In this document: piece by piece, positions 49,865 through 59,444 of the stretch
How positions within the stretch are numbered: position 1 is the first letter of the stretch
Layout: each line of letters opens with the position of its first letter
From: Candidatus Uhrbacteria bacterium RIFOXYC2_FULL_47_19
GTDB taxonomy: Bacteria; Patescibacteriota; Patescibacteriia; SG8-24
Assembly: GCA_001791745.1 (NCBI GenBank)
Contig: MGFG01000032.1
Span: 3,775-67,774, forward strand
Direction of reading: 5' to 3'
Length of the DNA stretch: 64,000 bases
Made by a program: the position numbers and the translations under genes
Notes under the pieces: generated by a model
What the model was told of the DNA's origin: nothing
The model's input: the letters and a program-made list of their open reading frames with translations, nothing else
Database searches by the model: none

Positions 49865-50881
49865 TTAATCTGTTCGACACTCTAGTCGCGATTCAATCAT
49901 ACTCAAAACTGTTTCTTGGGTCTCGTCATCCCAGACCTGATTGGCAAGTGGGCGAAAGAACCCCAAAGCAATCAATTGTCTCGCTTGTTTCATCGATAAA
50001 CCGCGTGATCTCAGATAAAACAATGATTGTATGTCGGGTTGACCAATCGATGCACTATGCGAACAAATCACATCATCAGTGCCGATCTCTAATGATGGTG
50101 TGATTTCGGCCTGCGCTGTGGGTGAGAGTAATAAAATTTGACTGTCCTGGCGTCCATTGCAGTTGTTGATCCTTGATCCAATATTAGTTAATAATTTCCA
50201 ATCGGCAAACGCGGTATCAGTCAAAACGCCCCTGGTCATAATATATGAAGATGTCCCGACGGCGAAATGTCGAATCGTATCGCTTATCTTATGGCGTCCA
50301 TTCTCGGTTCCTAGAACCAATCCATACCTCTCGACCACTGCGTTCTGACCTTCGAGTAAGATTTCTGTCTGGCAATCCAAGCGTCCTCCACCCAACAACC
50401 CAGAAAAGAGTTTTAGTTGTCCATTTTTAGCCACCGAGGCCCAGATTTTTCCATTGAATCGCTGACCTTCAGACAAACAGCGTAATTCAGCTAAACGAAC
50501 CGTTGCATTTTGACCGACAAGAATAAAAAGTTTGGTTTCCTGTTTTTTATCACCACAACCACAACGTGCCGTATCAAGTAAAGTGAGATTACTATTAGCT
50601 TCAGTCACAACTACTAAAGTTTCATTTGATGAATTGCAGGCAGCGAGTTGAATTGGATCTTTGGTTTGCTGACCAGCTGGAACGAAAACCACTGTTCCAT
50701 CAGTCAAAGTAAGATTACTTGGTAATTTAGCTAGGACTGCTTTGATCGTCTGATGTTGTACAGCCTCTGACCAGCTCAAAATTTGTACCTCCTTCTCATT
50801 GGAGGGTTTAATCTTGCACATCCTACAATTGTTTGTTGAACAATCCACTGTGCTACATTTTTTATTTATAACTGTCTTCAT
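49865..50881 (-). CDS. sufD: SufD-like Fe-S assembly protein (divergent)
   Basis: PSLEI..DDVICSHSASIG, FYLRSRGL; between sufB and sufS. Confidence 0.85.
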   Translation of the reverse strand: MKTVINKKCSTVDCSTNNCRMCKIKPSNEKEVQILSWSEAVQHQTIKAVLAKLPSNLTLTDGTVVFVPAGQQTKDPIQLAACNSSNETLVVVTEANSNLTLLDTARCGCGDKKQETKLFILVGQNATVRLAELRCLSEGQRFNGKIWASVAKNGQLKLFSGLLGGGRLDCQTEILLEGQNAVVERYGLVLGTENGRHKISDTIRHFAVGTSSYIMTRGVLTDTAFADWKLLTNIGSRINNCNGRQDSQILLLSPTAQAEITPSLEIGTDDVICSHSASIGQPDIQSLFYLRSRGLSMKQARQLIALGFFRPLANQVWDDETQETVLSMIESRLECRTD

Positions 50882-50885
50882 AGTT

Positions 50886-52298
50886 TCATCCGACAGTACT
50901 TTCCATCTCTAACTCAACTAGACGATTAAGTTCAACCGCATACTCGAGTGGTAGTCGCCGCACCACTGGATCGATAAAGCCACCAATAATAATTTTAACT
51001 GCCTCATCTGCTGTTAGTCCGCGACTCATCAAATAAAATACTTCCTCAGTACCGATTCGTCCGACTCGCGCTTCATGAGTGAGCTCGGAATCACCACGAG
51101 CCGTTCGCATAGTCGGCCAGGTATCAGAACCCGACCCAGAACCGATAATCAATGCATCACAATTAACTGATGAACGTGCTGCAGTTGCCTCCGGTCCGAT
51201 CTGAACCAGGCCACGATATGAGGCCCGCCCCTCGTCCTTGCTAATACTTCTGGTTCTGATCGTTGAGGTTGTGTCTGGTGCTAGATGGATTGCCTTGAAA
51301 CCAGTGTCTTGATGTTGTCCGGTACCAGCCATAGCAATACCCAGGGCATCTGAACGTGCTCCCCGTCCTGCCAGGACACTGCAAGGGTAGAGCATAGTGA
51401 TACAACTCCCTAAATTACCAGATAACCATTCAATTGTGCCCCCCTCTTCAACTACAGCGCGTTTAGTGTTTAGGTTATAGACGTTCTTGCTCCAATTCTC
51501 AATTGATGAGTAGTGCACGGTAGCGTTACGCCCAATGAAAATCTCGACGCAACCGGCGTGCAATGAGCTGGTCGAGTAGTTCGGCGCTGAACAACCCTCG
51601 ATGTATTCGACTGTACTACCTTCGTCGGCGATGATCAGCGTGTGTTCAAATTGCCCACCACGCTCCGAGTTCATACGAAAGTAAGCTTGCATTGGCACTG
51701 TGACTTCCACCCCTGGCGGCACGTAGATGAAAGTTCCACCACTCCAGACTGCGGCATGTAAAGCGGTGAATTTATGTTCGCCGATTGGAACGCAGTGATT
51801 CATGAATTTTCCTTGTACCAATTCTGGATACTTGCGCACTGCCACGTCCATACTTTCAAAAATCACACCTAACCTTTCCCACTCCTCTTTCAAATTATGA
51901 TAAACAACATCAGAGTCAAACTGTGCGCCCACGCCGGAGAGTGCTTTTTGTTCAGCTTGAGGTAGACCCAGCTGATCGAAAGTTCGTCGAATCTCCATTG
52001 GTACATCCTCCCAGGACCGTGATTCTTCGGCATCCGGACGGACGAAGTAGGATAGTTTGTTCAGCTCTAATCCATCGAGCGACGGACCCCAAGTTGGCAT
52101 CGATTTATCTTCCCATAACTTTAACCCGCGCAACCGCTTCTTGAGCATCCATTCCGGTTCTTCTTTCTGTCTTGAAATCTCAATTACCAACTCTCTAGTT
52201 AGTCCTGGAGTAGATTGAAATCTAGCTGGTAATCGTGAAGCCCGGGCTAATTCCTGATTCAGCCTCGAATCTTCTTTTTTTATTTGACCATCAGTCAT
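50886..52298 (-). CDS. sufB: Fe-S assembly protein SufB
   Basis: AVWSGGTFIYVP, GQFEHTLII, EGCSAP, FYLMSRG. Confidence 0.97.
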   Translation of the reverse strand: MTDGQIKKEDSRLNQELARASRLPARFQSTPGLTRELVIEISRQKEEPEWMLKKRLRGLKLWEDKSMPTWGPSLDGLELNKLSYFVRPDAEESRSWEDVPMEIRRTFDQLGLPQAEQKALSGVGAQFDSDVVYHNLKEEWERLGVIFESMDVAVRKYPELVQGKFMNHCVPIGEHKFTALHAAVWSGGTFIYVPPGVEVTVPMQAYFRMNSERGGQFEHTLIIADEGSTVEYIEGCSAPNYSTSSLHAGCVEIFIGRNATVHYSSIENWSKNVYNLNTKRAVVEEGGTIEWLSGNLGSCITMLYPCSVLAGRGARSDALGIAMAGTGQHQDTGFKAIHLAPDTTSTIRTRSISKDEGRASYRGLVQIGPEATAARSSVNCDALIIGSGSGSDTWPTMRTARGDSELTHEARVGRIGTEEVFYLMSRGLTADEAVKIIIGGFIDPVVRRLPLEYAVELNRLVELEMESTVG

Positions 52299-52720
52299 AA
52301 GTCAGAGGATCTACCGAGTACATCAGCCAAAGTCATTTCGGTCATAGATTCTTCAACTCGTTTTTGGACGTTGGCCCAAACCTGTCGAGTTGAGCATTTG
52401 CTGGACATGTTGCAAGATCCACCGCCTAAGCAGTCAATAAAAGCCATTGGTCCTTCGACTGCAGTTACAATATCGGAAATAGTAATATGTTTTGCCGAAC
52501 GAGATAAAACATAGCCACCACTCGCTCCACGCCGAGCCTCAATCAAACCAGCTTCTTTAAGCAGAACCGCGATCTTCTCTAAGAAGCCGCGTGATAATCC
52601 ATTTCTCTCAGCCACCTCGTTTAAGGACACCAAAATACCGTCTCGCCCATGCTCGGCCAGGTCGGTCATTAAGATAACCGCATTGTGGATCCGTTGAGGC
52701 ACCTTTAGGAATTGACGCAT
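52295..52720 (-). CDS. Rrf2/IscR-family regulator (likely start MRQFL)
   Basis: FLEKI...L...GLI...RG..GGY; C-x5-C-x5-C Fe-S ligands; first gene of the suf operon. Confidence 0.9.
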   Translation of the reverse strand: MRQFLKVPQRIHNAVILMTDLAEHGRDGILVSLNEVAERNGLSRGFLEKIAVLLKEAGLIEARRGASGGYVLSRSAKHITISDIVTAVEGPMAFIDCLGGGSCNMSSKCSTRQVWANVQKRVEESMTEMTLADVLGRSSDL

Positions 52721-52740
52721 TGGGCTTAATTCACAGTTAA

Positions 52741-52777
52741 ACACTATGATTTAATCTTAATGGAAGAAGATCGTCAA
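52741..52777 (-). promoter_or_regulatory. suf operon promoter with an imperfect palindrome (candidate Rrf2 operator)
   Basis: -35 TTGACG at 52777-52772; ACACTATGAT-N3-ATCTTAATGG (7/10 inverted match) covers the -10 region. Confidence 0.4.
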
Positions 52778-52917
52778 GTATTGGAAGGGTTTTTTGGAAT
52801 GGAGAAAGAAAACAAAATTTGCAAGTGTCGCAAAACTTACTAGCTGTATCTTTGAATCTAAAAAGAGACCGTTACCTTTACGATCTCTCTCTCTCTTCTT
52901 CACTTATACCTACTGGA

Positions 52918-53595
52918 TCAATCAAGCTCTGAGCTCAATCGATTCTGCCAACCACAGTACTCACAGCGAGTATGAGCCTCCGGCTCTGTTCCTCTTAGGC
53001 AGGCCACTGCTCGCTCCAAGGTTTTCCTGGCCCGCTTTACGTCAACTTTGATCTCAACCGTTTCAACTCCAAACTTTACTGTTCCCTGCCCGTAGACACT
53101 CAACGGATAATAATAAATCAAAAAACCACTTCGACCAGCAGTAAAACCATTAGTGTCCAAAAGAAGAGCGTAGCAGTCTAGCTGATTACGATAATAAGAT
53201 TCCATGCCGTTACTCTTCTCTGGTTTAAAACCACGAGTTTTGTAATCGAGTGGGAGGTACTCTTGATTATCAACAAGACAATCATCAAGTGCTCCAAACA
53301 AAATCGTGTCTAACTCAGTAATCGATACTTCCAGTCCAGTCTTCCAGTTACGCCAACAGTCCATCAACTTCTGATCGCTAACCAATCGACCATGCACTCG
53401 TCCATCAATCTCAGGTGGGAGTTCATTCTGACTTCGATACCGATCAAAGTAATCTTTGATCACTAGATCCATCCCGCCCGGCAGTGATGGAAAGAAGGTC
53501 TTGGGACGATGTATGTCTTGATTGAACTGCAACCAAAAACAGCGTGGACAATTAAGAAACAGATTTAAACTGGTTGGAGAAAGTCGATAGCTCAT
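52918..53595 (-). CDS. Stand-alone PD-(D/E)XK nuclease, Cas4/RecB-like
   Basis: LSPTSL...CPRCFW, GALDD, DYKT, QLDCY, C-terminal CEYC. Confidence 0.88.
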   Translation of the reverse strand: MSYRLSPTSLNLFLNCPRCFWLQFNQDIHRPKTFFPSLPGGMDLVIKDYFDRYRSQNELPPEIDGRVHGRLVSDQKLMDCWRNWKTGLEVSITELDTILFGALDDCLVDNQEYLPLDYKTRGFKPEKSNGMESYYRNQLDCYALLLDTNGFTAGRSGFLIYYYPLSVYGQGTVKFGVETVEIKVDVKRARKTLERAVACLRGTEPEAHTRCEYCGWQNRLSSELD

Positions 53596-53598
53596 ACT

Positions 53599-54321
53599 TT
53601 AAGCGACCACCTCTATACCAGTCAAAATAGCTACAACTTTACCGATAATGAATCCAACGATTCCAGCCGAGGCCGCCACTGTCATCATTTCGAACGCACC
53701 TTTCCAGGTGGAAGTATTAGTCTTACCTGCTTTCCACCAACCAATCGCAAACAATGTGACCAAAAATAAAACCACAGTGGTTACAACCGCCATGTGGATG
53801 GGTAAAAATAAAAATGGTACTAACGGAATTATTCCTCCAGCCATGTTGGCTAGCCACATAACCAGAGCATTCCCCTTACCCTGCTCCAACTCATGCAACC
53901 CTACACCTAGGTCTTTACAAGAAATTTCCTCTAGCCAAACCTCATGATCACTGGTCATGAGTTGAATTAATGCTTCTGTCTCAGCTGTATCAAAACCGCG
54001 TCGAAGATAGATCTCACGTAACTCTTCACGTTTTTTGTTCGGGTCATCGGCAATTTGTTTCCTGGCCCGCTCTACTTTATTCTCAATCACCTGCCGAGCA
54101 GATTTGGTTGATAAATAGGAACCTGATGCCATCGACAGAGCTTCAACTACAACTACAACGAATCCAGATAGCACCACTATTCGACTATCCCCTGTCCCAG
54201 CAGCGATGCCGATCGTTACTCCGCCAGAAGAAACCATTCCATCTTCCAATCCAAAGATCACCTCACGCATGAATGGTCCAATCCCCTCCTCTAATGAATG
54301 GCGATGCTTCCAACGAAACAT
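53599..54321 (-). CDS. VIT1/CCC1-family iron/manganese transporter
   Basis: IFGLEDG, SMASGSYLS, EREEL..IY..RG, GGIIPLVPF. Confidence 0.92.
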   Translation of the reverse strand: MFRWKHRHSLEEGIGPFMREVIFGLEDGMVSSGGVTIGIAAGTGDSRIVVLSGFVVVVVEALSMASGSYLSTKSARQVIENKVERARKQIADDPNKKREELREIYLRRGFDTAETEALIQLMTSDHEVWLEEISCKDLGVGLHELEQGKGNALVMWLANMAGGIIPLVPFLFLPIHMAVVTTVVLFLVTLFAIGWWKAGKTNTSTWKGAFEMMTVAASAGIVGFIIGKVVAILTGIEVVA

Positions 54322-54445
54322 ACTTAGTGATGAATGAATCTAATAAACTGCGGCCAGTTTACCATGATGCGAACCGTAACGAGAACAGACTATTCAACTA
54401 CAGTCGCTTTCCTAGGAAGGGGGTCAGGTTATATAATGCCCCCGT

Positions 54446-55897
54446 ATGACTGATCATAAAAAGCCTCCAAGAAAAACCTGGCTGATAGTCTTTTTGCTTA
54501 TCACTGCCAGTCTAGTGCCCGGACAGACGCCGGCTGTCGCCGCTCACTTCAATCCTAACTATATTATCTCTGACAGTGAGATGCGCGACGCCAACGCTAT
54601 GTCGTTTGGTGATATCTACAGCTTCCTCGGTCAACGAGGTAGTTTAAATAATCAATTCGACATCGACCCTGCCGATGGATTACTAAAAGGCACAGCTCAG
54701 TTAGTAGACGATGCGGCTAAGCGCTACAGCATCAACCCCAAATACGTACTGGTATTAATGCAAAAAGAATCTGGAGTAATAGAATCCACAGCTCCGACTG
54801 CTAAGCGACTTGAGTGGGCAACCGGTTATGCGCTTTGTGATGGTTGCTACAAATCAAGCGATCTAGCTCAAAAGTATAAAGGTTTCTCCAAACAGATCGA
54901 TGCCGGCGCAGGTTGGATGGATTGGTACCTAACCAATGCCACGAATTTTTCCTATCTCAAACAACCTGGCATTACCTATGCCCTGAGTGGTACTCAAATT
55001 ACCCCAGCTAACCTAGCTACCGCTGGTCTTTATAGCTACACACCACACCTGCATGGAAATCAACTTTTTTGGAACATCTGGCAGCGTTGGTTTGGTGAGG
55101 GAGCAGCCGATATTAGATTTCCAGATGGTACTCTTTTGACTAACGTCACAACTGGTGAATTTGCCGTAATTCAAGGTAGTCAGTTCCGCCTTATTACTAA
55201 TTTATCTGTACTAGAAAGTCGATTCCGTTACCTAACACCGATTGAACTTAGTAATAATGACTTTCAGACAGTTAGTCAGGCCAATCCAGGTCAACCCATC
55301 GCCTTTGCTGACTTGACTCTGGTTCGAGACGAAACTGGTGCCATCTTCTTACTTTCCGGTAACGAACGCCGACCAATAGAATCCCAAGAAACTTTCCGAT
55401 TAATCGGTTTCAATCCAGAAGAGATAGAAGATGTACTAGCGGCAGATATCGAAGATTACGAATTAGGACTACCTATCATGCCGGAAGAGTCATATCCACT
55501 TGGTCAGTTAGTTCAAGACAACATCAGTGGTGCTGTCTTTTGGGTAAACTCCGGTGTTCGTCATCCAATTTGGGATAAATCGATCCTAGGTGTCAGATTT
55601 TCTGGACAACCAATCGTTCAAGCTACCCCAAATCAACTCGAATTGTTCATTATCGGTGAACCAGTCACCATTCCTGACGGAACACTCATTAAAGCTCCTG
55701 ATGATCCAACCGTCTATGTCGTCGAATTGGGACGTCGCCGCCCTATCCCCTCCGAAGAGGTCTTCTTAGGTTATGGCTACCGTTGGACCTCGATCGTCAC
55801 TTGTAGCCCCGGTGTACTAGCTCTACACCCAATCGGTGACGCATTACTCTTGATCTCCGAAGATGAACAAGTCACAGCCGCTGCAGTTGGACTCTAA
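54446..55897 (+). CDS. Secreted/surface protein with repeated beta-rich modules
   Basis: Signal peptide ending AVAA; FNPNYIISD and QKES...LYSYTPH domain; about four repeats like DGTLIK...VY.V..G.RRPI. Confidence 0.75.
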   Translation: MTDHKKPPRKTWLIVFLLITASLVPGQTPAVAAHFNPNYIISDSEMRDANAMSFGDIYSFLGQRGSLNNQFDIDPADGLLKGTAQLVDDAAKRYSINPKYVLVLMQKESGVIESTAPTAKRLEWATGYALCDGCYKSSDLAQKYKGFSKQIDAGAGWMDWYLTNATNFSYLKQPGITYALSGTQITPANLATAGLYSYTPHLHGNQLFWNIWQRWFGEGAADIRFPDGTLLTNVTTGEFAVIQGSQFRLITNLSVLESRFRYLTPIELSNNDFQTVSQANPGQPIAFADLTLVRDETGAIFLLSGNERRPIESQETFRLIGFNPEEIEDVLAADIEDYELGLPIMPEESYPLGQLVQDNISGAVFWVNSGVRHPIWDKSILGVRFSGQPIVQATPNQLELFIIGEPVTIPDGTLIKAPDDPTVYVVELGRRRPIPSEEVFLGYGYRWTSIVTCSPGVLALHPIGDALLLISEDEQVTAAAVGL

Positions 55898-55955
55898 AGT
55901 ACGGTTATGAAATCAAAAAGCCCGGCCTTCTCAGGTCGGACTTTTTATTTTGACA

Positions 55956-56552
55956 CTACCTTAGAACAACAGCAGTTTCTGGATGTTCTAGAAACAGTGG
56001 TGAGCTCCATTTACGATCTCCCCAACGTAGAGCTGAGGCAGCATAACCATTGTTGATGTTACAACCGTTATGACACTGCACAGCGTAAGTCACATAACGA
56101 GGATAACCGTTCTGTTCCAGGTAGCTAAGCGTCCAGTTAGACGAACAATGTAGGTCCTCGGCACAACCGACCGGAATCCCATGTAGACGATAGTGAATCT
56201 GAAAGTAACCACGAGCACGGCCACTATCACCAATCGCCTTGGCGTCGTTCAGTGATTCCTTCCATAGCATGCCCAACAGTGTCCGTGCGCAATCCTCTCC
56301 ATAACCGCGAGATTCACACACGTCGAGCAGTACACCTTGTACAGTTTCAAAAATCTTGGTCGTAGGCAGCTCGGCCGTAATAGAAGAGTCTTCTAACTCC
56401 TCTGATTGCACGGCGGCACTTACATAATGGACCCCCGGCAACGCATCCCCATCCCACGCACCAACCGCCCGGTCGATAGACACAGCCACGACCAAACAGG
56501 CCAATATAAGGATAAGATTGATATGCTTTGGATCATTTCTCATGTTGTTCAT
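55956..56552 (-). CDS. Secreted lysozyme-like/lytic transglycosylase-like protein
   Basis: Signal peptide, KES catalytic-Glu-like motif, GD.G.A.GYFQI. Confidence 0.6.
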   Translation of the reverse strand: MNNMRNDPKHINLILILACLVVAVSIDRAVGAWDGDALPGVHYVSAAVQSEELEDSSITAELPTTKIFETVQGVLLDVCESRGYGEDCARTLLGMLWKESLNDAKAIGDSGRARGYFQIHYRLHGIPVGCAEDLHCSSNWTLSYLEQNGYPRYVTYAVQCHNGCNINNGYAASALRWGDRKWSSPLFLEHPETAVVLR

Positions 56553-56750
56553 GGGTTTGATTCAAAAGACTGACTCTCTCCGGGTCAGTCAACCACGCAG
56601 TATGGCACAAAAAACCCTTTTTGTCAAGATTGACAAGCGAATTCTGGGCTAAGATTAGCCAAAAATACTAAAACTTTTTGATCGATCGGGTAGATATTCA
56701 TCCTGGTTGCAAAATTGACCAACCGACCAGCCAACGGTACGATATCTGGC

Positions 56751-57476
56751 ATGAATACCAGACTAAATAAATACCTTTCCATTAACGGTTTTTGCTCCCG
56801 GCGTCAGGCCGACGAGTTAATCGCTGCTGGTCGGGTCAAAATCAACGGTCAGTTGGCAAAAGTGGGTCAAGTAGTCGAACCGAACGATCGAGTGACAGTC
56901 GATAATAAGGCTGTTCAACAGTCCGTCGGGCATACTTATCTAATGGTCAATAAGCCGATCGGTGTAATCTGTACCTCCGACCGCCGGGCTAAAGACAATG
57001 TCCTTGATTTAGTCGGCTCCAACCAGCGCCTTTTTCCAGTTGGACGACTGGATGTCGAATCCTCGGGTCTGCTGATTCTGACCGATGATGGCGAACTAAC
57101 CAACCGACTAACCCACCCTCGCTACGGCCACGAGAAGGAGTATTTAGTTCGATTAGCTGAAGACATCTCCGACGCTGACTTAGCTGTACTAGCCACTGGA
57201 ATCGAACTCGATGGCACTAAAACTCAACCGGCCGATATCCGACGTATTGATACCAATCGTCTGACCATCACTATTAGAGAAGGACGTAATCGGCAGATCC
57301 GACGCATGTGCGAAGCAGTCGGACATCGAGTCATTGGACTCAGGCGCGTCCGTATCCATACCTTAATGCTCGGTCAGTTGCCACCAGGAGCCTGGCGCGA
57401 ACTAACCAAACAAGAGGTAGCTCAACTAAAAACTGATAGTCGCCCCAAACCACTAACCGATCGACGTCGTCGATAA
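56751..57476 (+). CDS. rRNA pseudouridine synthase, RsuA/RluB/RluF family (likely start MNTRL)
   Basis: S4 domain RLNKYL..SRRQAD, GRLD, EGRNRQIRRM; promoter TTGACC-17-TACGAT ends 7 nt before ATG. Confidence 0.95.
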   Translation: MNTRLNKYLSINGFCSRRQADELIAAGRVKINGQLAKVGQVVEPNDRVTVDNKAVQQSVGHTYLMVNKPIGVICTSDRRAKDNVLDLVGSNQRLFPVGRLDVESSGLLILTDDGELTNRLTHPRYGHEKEYLVRLAEDISDADLAVLATGIELDGTKTQPADIRRIDTNRLTITIREGRNRQIRRMCEAVGHRVIGLRRVRIHTLMLGQLPPGAWRELTKQEVAQLKTDSRPKPLTDRRRR

Positions 57477-57556
57477 AAGTTATCCACATTATGATGGGGC
57501 CGATCACCTAGTTCGTTCGGCACCACGACAGATTACATAATTGTCGAAAGAAAAAC

Positions 57557-59395
57557 ATGCACAGCCCCGAAAACAACCCAAATGAAATACTTGGTACTAA
57601 CTCGTCTGTCTGGGACCTATCCGAGCTCTACTCCGGACCAAATGATCCAAAAATTGACACCGACTTGGCCGAATTCCGACAGTTAGCCGAACGATTTGCC
57701 GCCAAATATCGCGGTCGACTCGACGAATTACTGAGCGAAGCAATCAATGACTATCGTGCCTTGTCCACTCTAGCCGAACAGCCAATTGTCTTTTTGGAAC
57801 TATGTCGAGCATTGGATACTGGCGAACAGACGATCAAAAAACGTTTAGCCGAGGTCCAGGAATTACTCTCCATCGTATCCGGTGAACATTTAACCTTTTT
57901 AGAAATCGAGTTAGCGTCTCTCTCTGAAGATGTTATTACTAGACAAGCCGAAGCTAACCCGATAGTTAAGCATCATCTACCCTGGCTCAAAAAAATACGT
58001 CTTTTCCGAGATCACTTACTATCCGAACCAGTTGAGCAAGCACTTACTAAACGTGAACCATTCGGTCCGTCATCTTGGGCTCAATTTTACAACGAGGTGG
58101 AAGCCGATCTTCGTGTCGTATTACCAAGTGGAGAACTGACACTACCACAAGCTCTACATGAGCTAACTGAAAACAAGAATCAAGAACATCGTACTGATGT
58201 GCTCAAATCTATTCATGATTCCTTAGGTGGATTTTTTCTAAAATACTCGACCGAAACTCTAATGGCTACGGTACGCAGTAAGTCATTGGAGGATCAAGAG
58301 CGCGGCTACGCCCATCCCATGGCCCTCCGCAATTTATCTAACTTACTTGATGATCACACTGTAGAGGCTCTGCATAAAACCGTTGCTGATCGCGCTGCAC
58401 CGGCCATGCTTAAATACTACCGACTCAAGGCTGCTCACTTAGGAATAGAACGACTGGCCTGGAGCGATCGTAGCGCCCCACTACCTTTCCATAACAACAC
58501 AATTATTCCATTTTTCGAGGCTCGACAATTAGTCGAGTCAGCCTATGAGTCGTTCAGTCCAACACTAGCTCGATTAGTTAAGGATCAATTCGATAATCAT
58601 CGAGTTGATGCACCACACCAACCCGGCAAACAGGGCGGGGCCTTCAATCTATCGTTCTGCCTACCTGATGGCCGACCACTATCTTTCACTCTGCTCAACT
58701 ATCTAGGATCACCGCGAGATGTGGCTACCTTGGCTCATGAGCTAGGACATGGCGTACACGGACTTCTGGCCGGTGAGGCACAGGGTTCACTAATGCAGCA
58801 TGCACCAATAGCCTATGCTGAGACCGCTAGTATTTTTGGTGAGATGATAACTTTCGATTTTATATTGAAAAGATTAAGACAATCTGGAGACAATCGAGCA
58901 GCACTCGCCCTGCTTATGGAAAAATGTGAGGACTTTGCCAATTCTGTAGTCAGACAAATCGGTTTTTCCAACTTCGAACGTCAGGTCCATGACGCAAATG
59001 TTCGTCTGTCACCCACAGAACTAAATGACGTCTGGTTACAAACCACTCAAGAACTCTATGGCCCACCAGGAGAAGTCTTCACCTACAACCATACTGAACG
59101 ACTTTGGTCCTATGTCAGTCATTTTCACCGCCCTTTCTATGTCTACGCTTATGCGATTGGCGAACTACTAACCAGAACTCTCTATCGTTTACGTGAAAAA
59201 TTCGGTGATCAATTTGAACCAATGTACTTAAATCTTTTACGTGCTGGTGGTACTCAGTCACTCACCGATCTATTACGCCCGTTCGGTGAGAATCCAACCA
59301 ATCCACATTTCTGGGAAATAGGCATCGAAACATTCGAGTCACAGATAGATGAGGCCATACGATTGTCAGCCGAGATGGGTATATCGGTGAACTAG
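57557..59395 (+). CDS. pepF: M3-family oligoendopeptidase F
   Basis: WDLSELY, GKQGGAF, HELGH (HExxH), AETAS, HF..PFYVYAY. Confidence 0.92.
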   Translation: MHSPENNPNEILGTNSSVWDLSELYSGPNDPKIDTDLAEFRQLAERFAAKYRGRLDELLSEAINDYRALSTLAEQPIVFLELCRALDTGEQTIKKRLAEVQELLSIVSGEHLTFLEIELASLSEDVITRQAEANPIVKHHLPWLKKIRLFRDHLLSEPVEQALTKREPFGPSSWAQFYNEVEADLRVVLPSGELTLPQALHELTENKNQEHRTDVLKSIHDSLGGFFLKYSTETLMATVRSKSLEDQERGYAHPMALRNLSNLLDDHTVEALHKTVADRAAPAMLKYYRLKAAHLGIERLAWSDRSAPLPFHNNTIIPFFEARQLVESAYESFSPTLARLVKDQFDNHRVDAPHQPGKQGGAFNLSFCLPDGRPLSFTLLNYLGSPRDVATLAHELGHGVHGLLAGEAQGSLMQHAPIAYAETASIFGEMITFDFILKRLRQSGDNRAALALLMEKCEDFANSVVRQIGFSNFERQVHDANVRLSPTELNDVWLQTTQELYGPPGEVFTYNHTERLWSYVSHFHRPFYVYAYAIGELLTRTLYRLREKFGDQFEPMYLNLLRAGGTQSLTDLLRPFGENPTNPHFWEIGIETFESQIDEAIRLSAEMGISVN

Positions 59396-59404
59396 CAACG
59401 AATA

Positions 59405-59434
59405 AAAAAGGAGGGCTGTGAAGCTCTCCTTTTT
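59405..59434. terminator. Bidirectional terminator between pepF and the small Zn-ribbon gene
   Basis: AAAAAGGAGGGC-tgtgaa-GCTCTCCTTTTT. Confidence 0.8.
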
Positions 59435-59444
59435 GTACGAGGGA

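Noticed and set aside
52918-53595. CRISPR-Cas locus
   Set aside because: No repeat-spacer array and no cas1/cas2 seen in the window.
57480-57488. DnaA box TTATCCACA, and a near match at 59733-59741, as oriC
   Set aside because: The boxes are isolated, there is no cluster or dnaA/dnaN nearby, and the skew polarity suggests a terminus rather than an origin.
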